From an uncultured Candidatus Saccharibacteria bacterium (GTDB taxonomy: Bacteria; Patescibacteriota; Minisyncoccia; Phycocordibacterales; PALSA-1337): DNA of 64,000 nt. Below, in pieces: positions 62,024-64,000 of the stretch; the first letter of the stretch is position 1, and every line of letters begins with the position of its first letter. The notes under the pieces were generated by a model. The model was not told the DNA's origin and did no database searches. It saw only the letters and a list, made by a program, of their open reading frames with translations. Location: assembly GCA_964495685.1 (NCBI GenBank), contig CAZBVQ010000001.1:105521-169520 (forward strand), in the 5' to 3' direction. The position numbers and the translations under genes are program-made.

Positions 62024-62320
62024 ATGTTCGAGAGCACACCTCAGTACCCATTGAAGCACGCACATCATCGCAGGCATTTGGCGATACTTGTTTTGGCATT
62101 GATCGTGTTCTTGCTCATCATGGGAGGATACGTGTATCGGTCTGATTATTCGGGCTCAGCTGACAATGGTCAGATCCCTAGCCCTTCTTCGTCATGGTCA
62201 GCGGCTGATCAGAGGGCGAAGCAGGCGGTACTCGACACTATCAGTGTCCGCGTGACTGATACGTTGTCTCCGTCTGAGCTCAAAACCAAACAAGCATTGC
62301 TCAAATCAATTCGCAGGTAG
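62024..62320 (+). CDS. Single-TM hypothetical protein
   Basis: ATG 7 nt after TACAAT. One hydrophobic segment. Confidence 0.6.
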   Translation: MFESTPQYPLKHAHHRRHLAILVLALIVFLLIMGGYVYRSDYSGSADNGQIPSPSSSWSAADQRAKQAVLDTISVRVTDTLSPSELKTKQALLKSIRR

Positions 62321-62352
62321 CATCATTTATTATTAGTTCACACATTTAGTAT

Positions 62353-63039
62353 ATGAAACATACTCAACTTCGTCCGCTCGTCTCAGGTCTCAGTATTGCA
62401 TTACTCGCTCTTGTGTTATCCGTCGGAGTTTCATATGTGTGGGCTGGTACATGGACGGCACCTGGGTCGACACCACCCAACGGCAACGTCGATGCACCAG
62501 TCAATATTGGTGTCGGTCACCAAAATAAGCTCGGCTCACTGTCGATCAATACGACAGCTTCCAGTCCTGACCCATACGGCCTTGATGTTTTTGGTATCTC
62601 GAGGTTTTTCGGTGATGTTCGTATCGGATCTACGACCTCCCCGGCATCGTTGACTGTAGTCGATGCCAGCGTGATAGCAGGAACGGCAAACGGCAAAGTT
62701 TTGACGTCTGACGCAAATGGAAAGGGGACATGGCAGACGCCTAGTGGTGGTGGAGTAGTAGTCAAGAATGGTAATGCAGTGATAGCGTGTGCAGATTATG
62801 GTAGTTCTGGTCCTGGATCTCAAGCAGTAACATTTCCCTCAGCATTTACGTCCGCGCCAACTGTCGTGATCACTCCGAACTGGTCCAATTACAGCGGTGA
62901 TGAAGCACCAAGTTGGTGGGTGACCAATGTGACGACGACAGGTTTCACTATCAATGTGCATACGCAGAATTCTTCGAGCGGCTGTATCGGTAACCTAGGT
63001 GCGGCTGGCAGGGTTCATTGGGTCGCAGTAGGAAACTAG
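62353..63039 (+). CDS. Secreted fibre-like protein with C-terminal H-type lectin / gp53-like domain
   Basis: WTAPGSTPPNGNVDAPVN N-terminus, GKVLTSDANGKGTW, VTFPSAFTSAPTVV..VTTTGF..HWVAVG. Confidence 0.75.
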   Translation: MKHTQLRPLVSGLSIALLALVLSVGVSYVWAGTWTAPGSTPPNGNVDAPVNIGVGHQNKLGSLSINTTASSPDPYGLDVFGISRFFGDVRIGSTTSPASLTVVDASVIAGTANGKVLTSDANGKGTWQTPSGGGVVVKNGNAVIACADYGSSGPGSQAVTFPSAFTSAPTVVITPNWSNYSGDEAPSWWVTNVTTTGFTINVHTQNSSSGCIGNLGAAGRVHWVAVGN

Positions 63040-63069
63040 CATCAAGATTTGTCTTTGGTCGGACAATAT

Positions 63070-63564
63070 ATGGACTACTCAGTGCTGATATTCATAGTCA
63101 CCATTATATTGCTCGTTCCTGGAATTATTATGGCAATTGTTCCCGGTCTTCCGGGACTTTTGTTTATGCTTCTCATTGCGACAATCTATGGACTCTTTGA
63201 TCATTTCACCCACCTCACCCTCGGCAATCTCGGTATCCTCGCACTTATCACAGCAGTTGCAATGCTCGTGGATCTATTCTCAGGAATTATTGGTGCCAAG
63301 TGGGGAGGAGCTCACTGGTCATCGATCTGGTATGGACTTCTAGGTCTCGTCGTGGGCTCTATTGTCATCCCTATACCAATTATCGGTAGTTTGGCTGGAC
63401 TGTTCTTGGGAGTGCTTGGTGCTGAATGGTACCGTACTTCAAGTATCAAGAAGGCCAACAAGGCAGCCATGGGTAGTTTCGCTGGATCTATTGTCGGCAT
63501 GGTCAGTAATGGGGTAGCCGCGCTGACCTTTGTAATCCTCTTTGGTATCTTCGCTTGGTCTTAG
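63070..63564 (+). CDS. DUF456 family membrane protein
   Basis: VPGLPG, GAKWGGA, Gly-rich TM segments. Confidence 0.85.
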   Translation: MDYSVLIFIVTIILLVPGIIMAIVPGLPGLLFMLLIATIYGLFDHFTHLTLGNLGILALITAVAMLVDLFSGIIGAKWGGAHWSSIWYGLLGLVVGSIVIPIPIIGSLAGLFLGVLGAEWYRTSSIKKANKAAMGSFAGSIVGMVSNGVAALTFVILFGIFAWS

Positions 63565-63567
63565 AAT

Positions 63568-64000
63568 CTAGAGGAACTTCTTGACCAGTCGCATTAGTCG
63601 CTCGACTATCTTCTCGGTGAAGAAGCGCTTGCGCCATTCATTGAGATTGATCTCGTGTGAGTGTTGAATGTCGCGTACGAAATGGGCTGCGAGCTCCTCG
63701 GTAAATTTGGCATTAGTGGTGGCTATGTTGGCCTCAAAGTTGTAGAGAAGGGAGGCGCTATCGAGGTTCATGGAGCCGACGGTGGCCCATTCACCGTCGA
63801 TAATGACGGCTTTGCTATGAATGATGGTGCCCTCGTACAAGAAGAGGCGCACACCTGACTCGAGTAATGTGGTGAAGTATGATCGTGCTGCGAAATCGAG
63901 TGCTGGGTAGTGGTCGGTCCTCTCGGGTAGGACGATGCGCACATCGACACCGCGGTGAGCGGCGAGTTTGATGACGCGGAGCAGTCGGTGTGTGGGCACG
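63568..64000 (-). CDS. Cardiolipin synthase / phospholipase D family, C-terminal part (5'-truncated by window)
   Basis: AAHRGVDVRI and HSKAVIIDG..ATVGSMNLD (HKD motif). Confidence 0.9.
   Translation of the reverse strand, partial: VPTHRLLRVIKLAAHRGVDVRIVLPERTDHYPALDFAARSYFTTLLESGVRLFLYEGTIIHSKAVIIDGEWATVGSMNLDSASLLYNFEANIATTNAKFTEELAAHFVRDIQHSHEINLNEWRKRFFTEKIVERLMRLVKKFL

Overview
This window looks like a chromosomal segment of a Patescibacteria (CPR, Parcubacteria-like) bacterium using genetic code 11. Supporting signs are many leaderless-type promoters, a CPR-style type IV pilus cluster, an H+-PPase, split ComEC and scattered housekeeping genes (hup, rny, clpP, rsmE, tig, nusA, tpiA, pgk, recJ, rnhA, rpmB, rpsL, rpsG, fusA, adk, map, ndk, infC-rpmI-rplT). 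The left ~7 kb is the end of an integrated element: a type ISP R-M C-terminus, two beta-class DNA methylases (one ParB-fused), a terminase-small-like HTH and an ImmR/ImmA pair. The best leads are: (i) a ~60-bp promoter cassette with four 11-bp-period direct repeats, placed identically upstream of both separated halves of ComEC (candidate competence regulon operator); (ii) three tandem divergent TrmB-regulator / orphan LivK-type binding-protein cassettes with no transporter in the window; (iii) a class II cobalamin riboswitch over a solitary ECF S-component; (iv) an XRE-DUF397-hydrolase module with a 31-bp palindrome; (v) a 6S-like RNA; (vi) a Cys/His-rich metallothionein-like small protein; (vii) nested repeat insertions inside recJ. 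All family calls come from motif recognition by eye; no searches were run.
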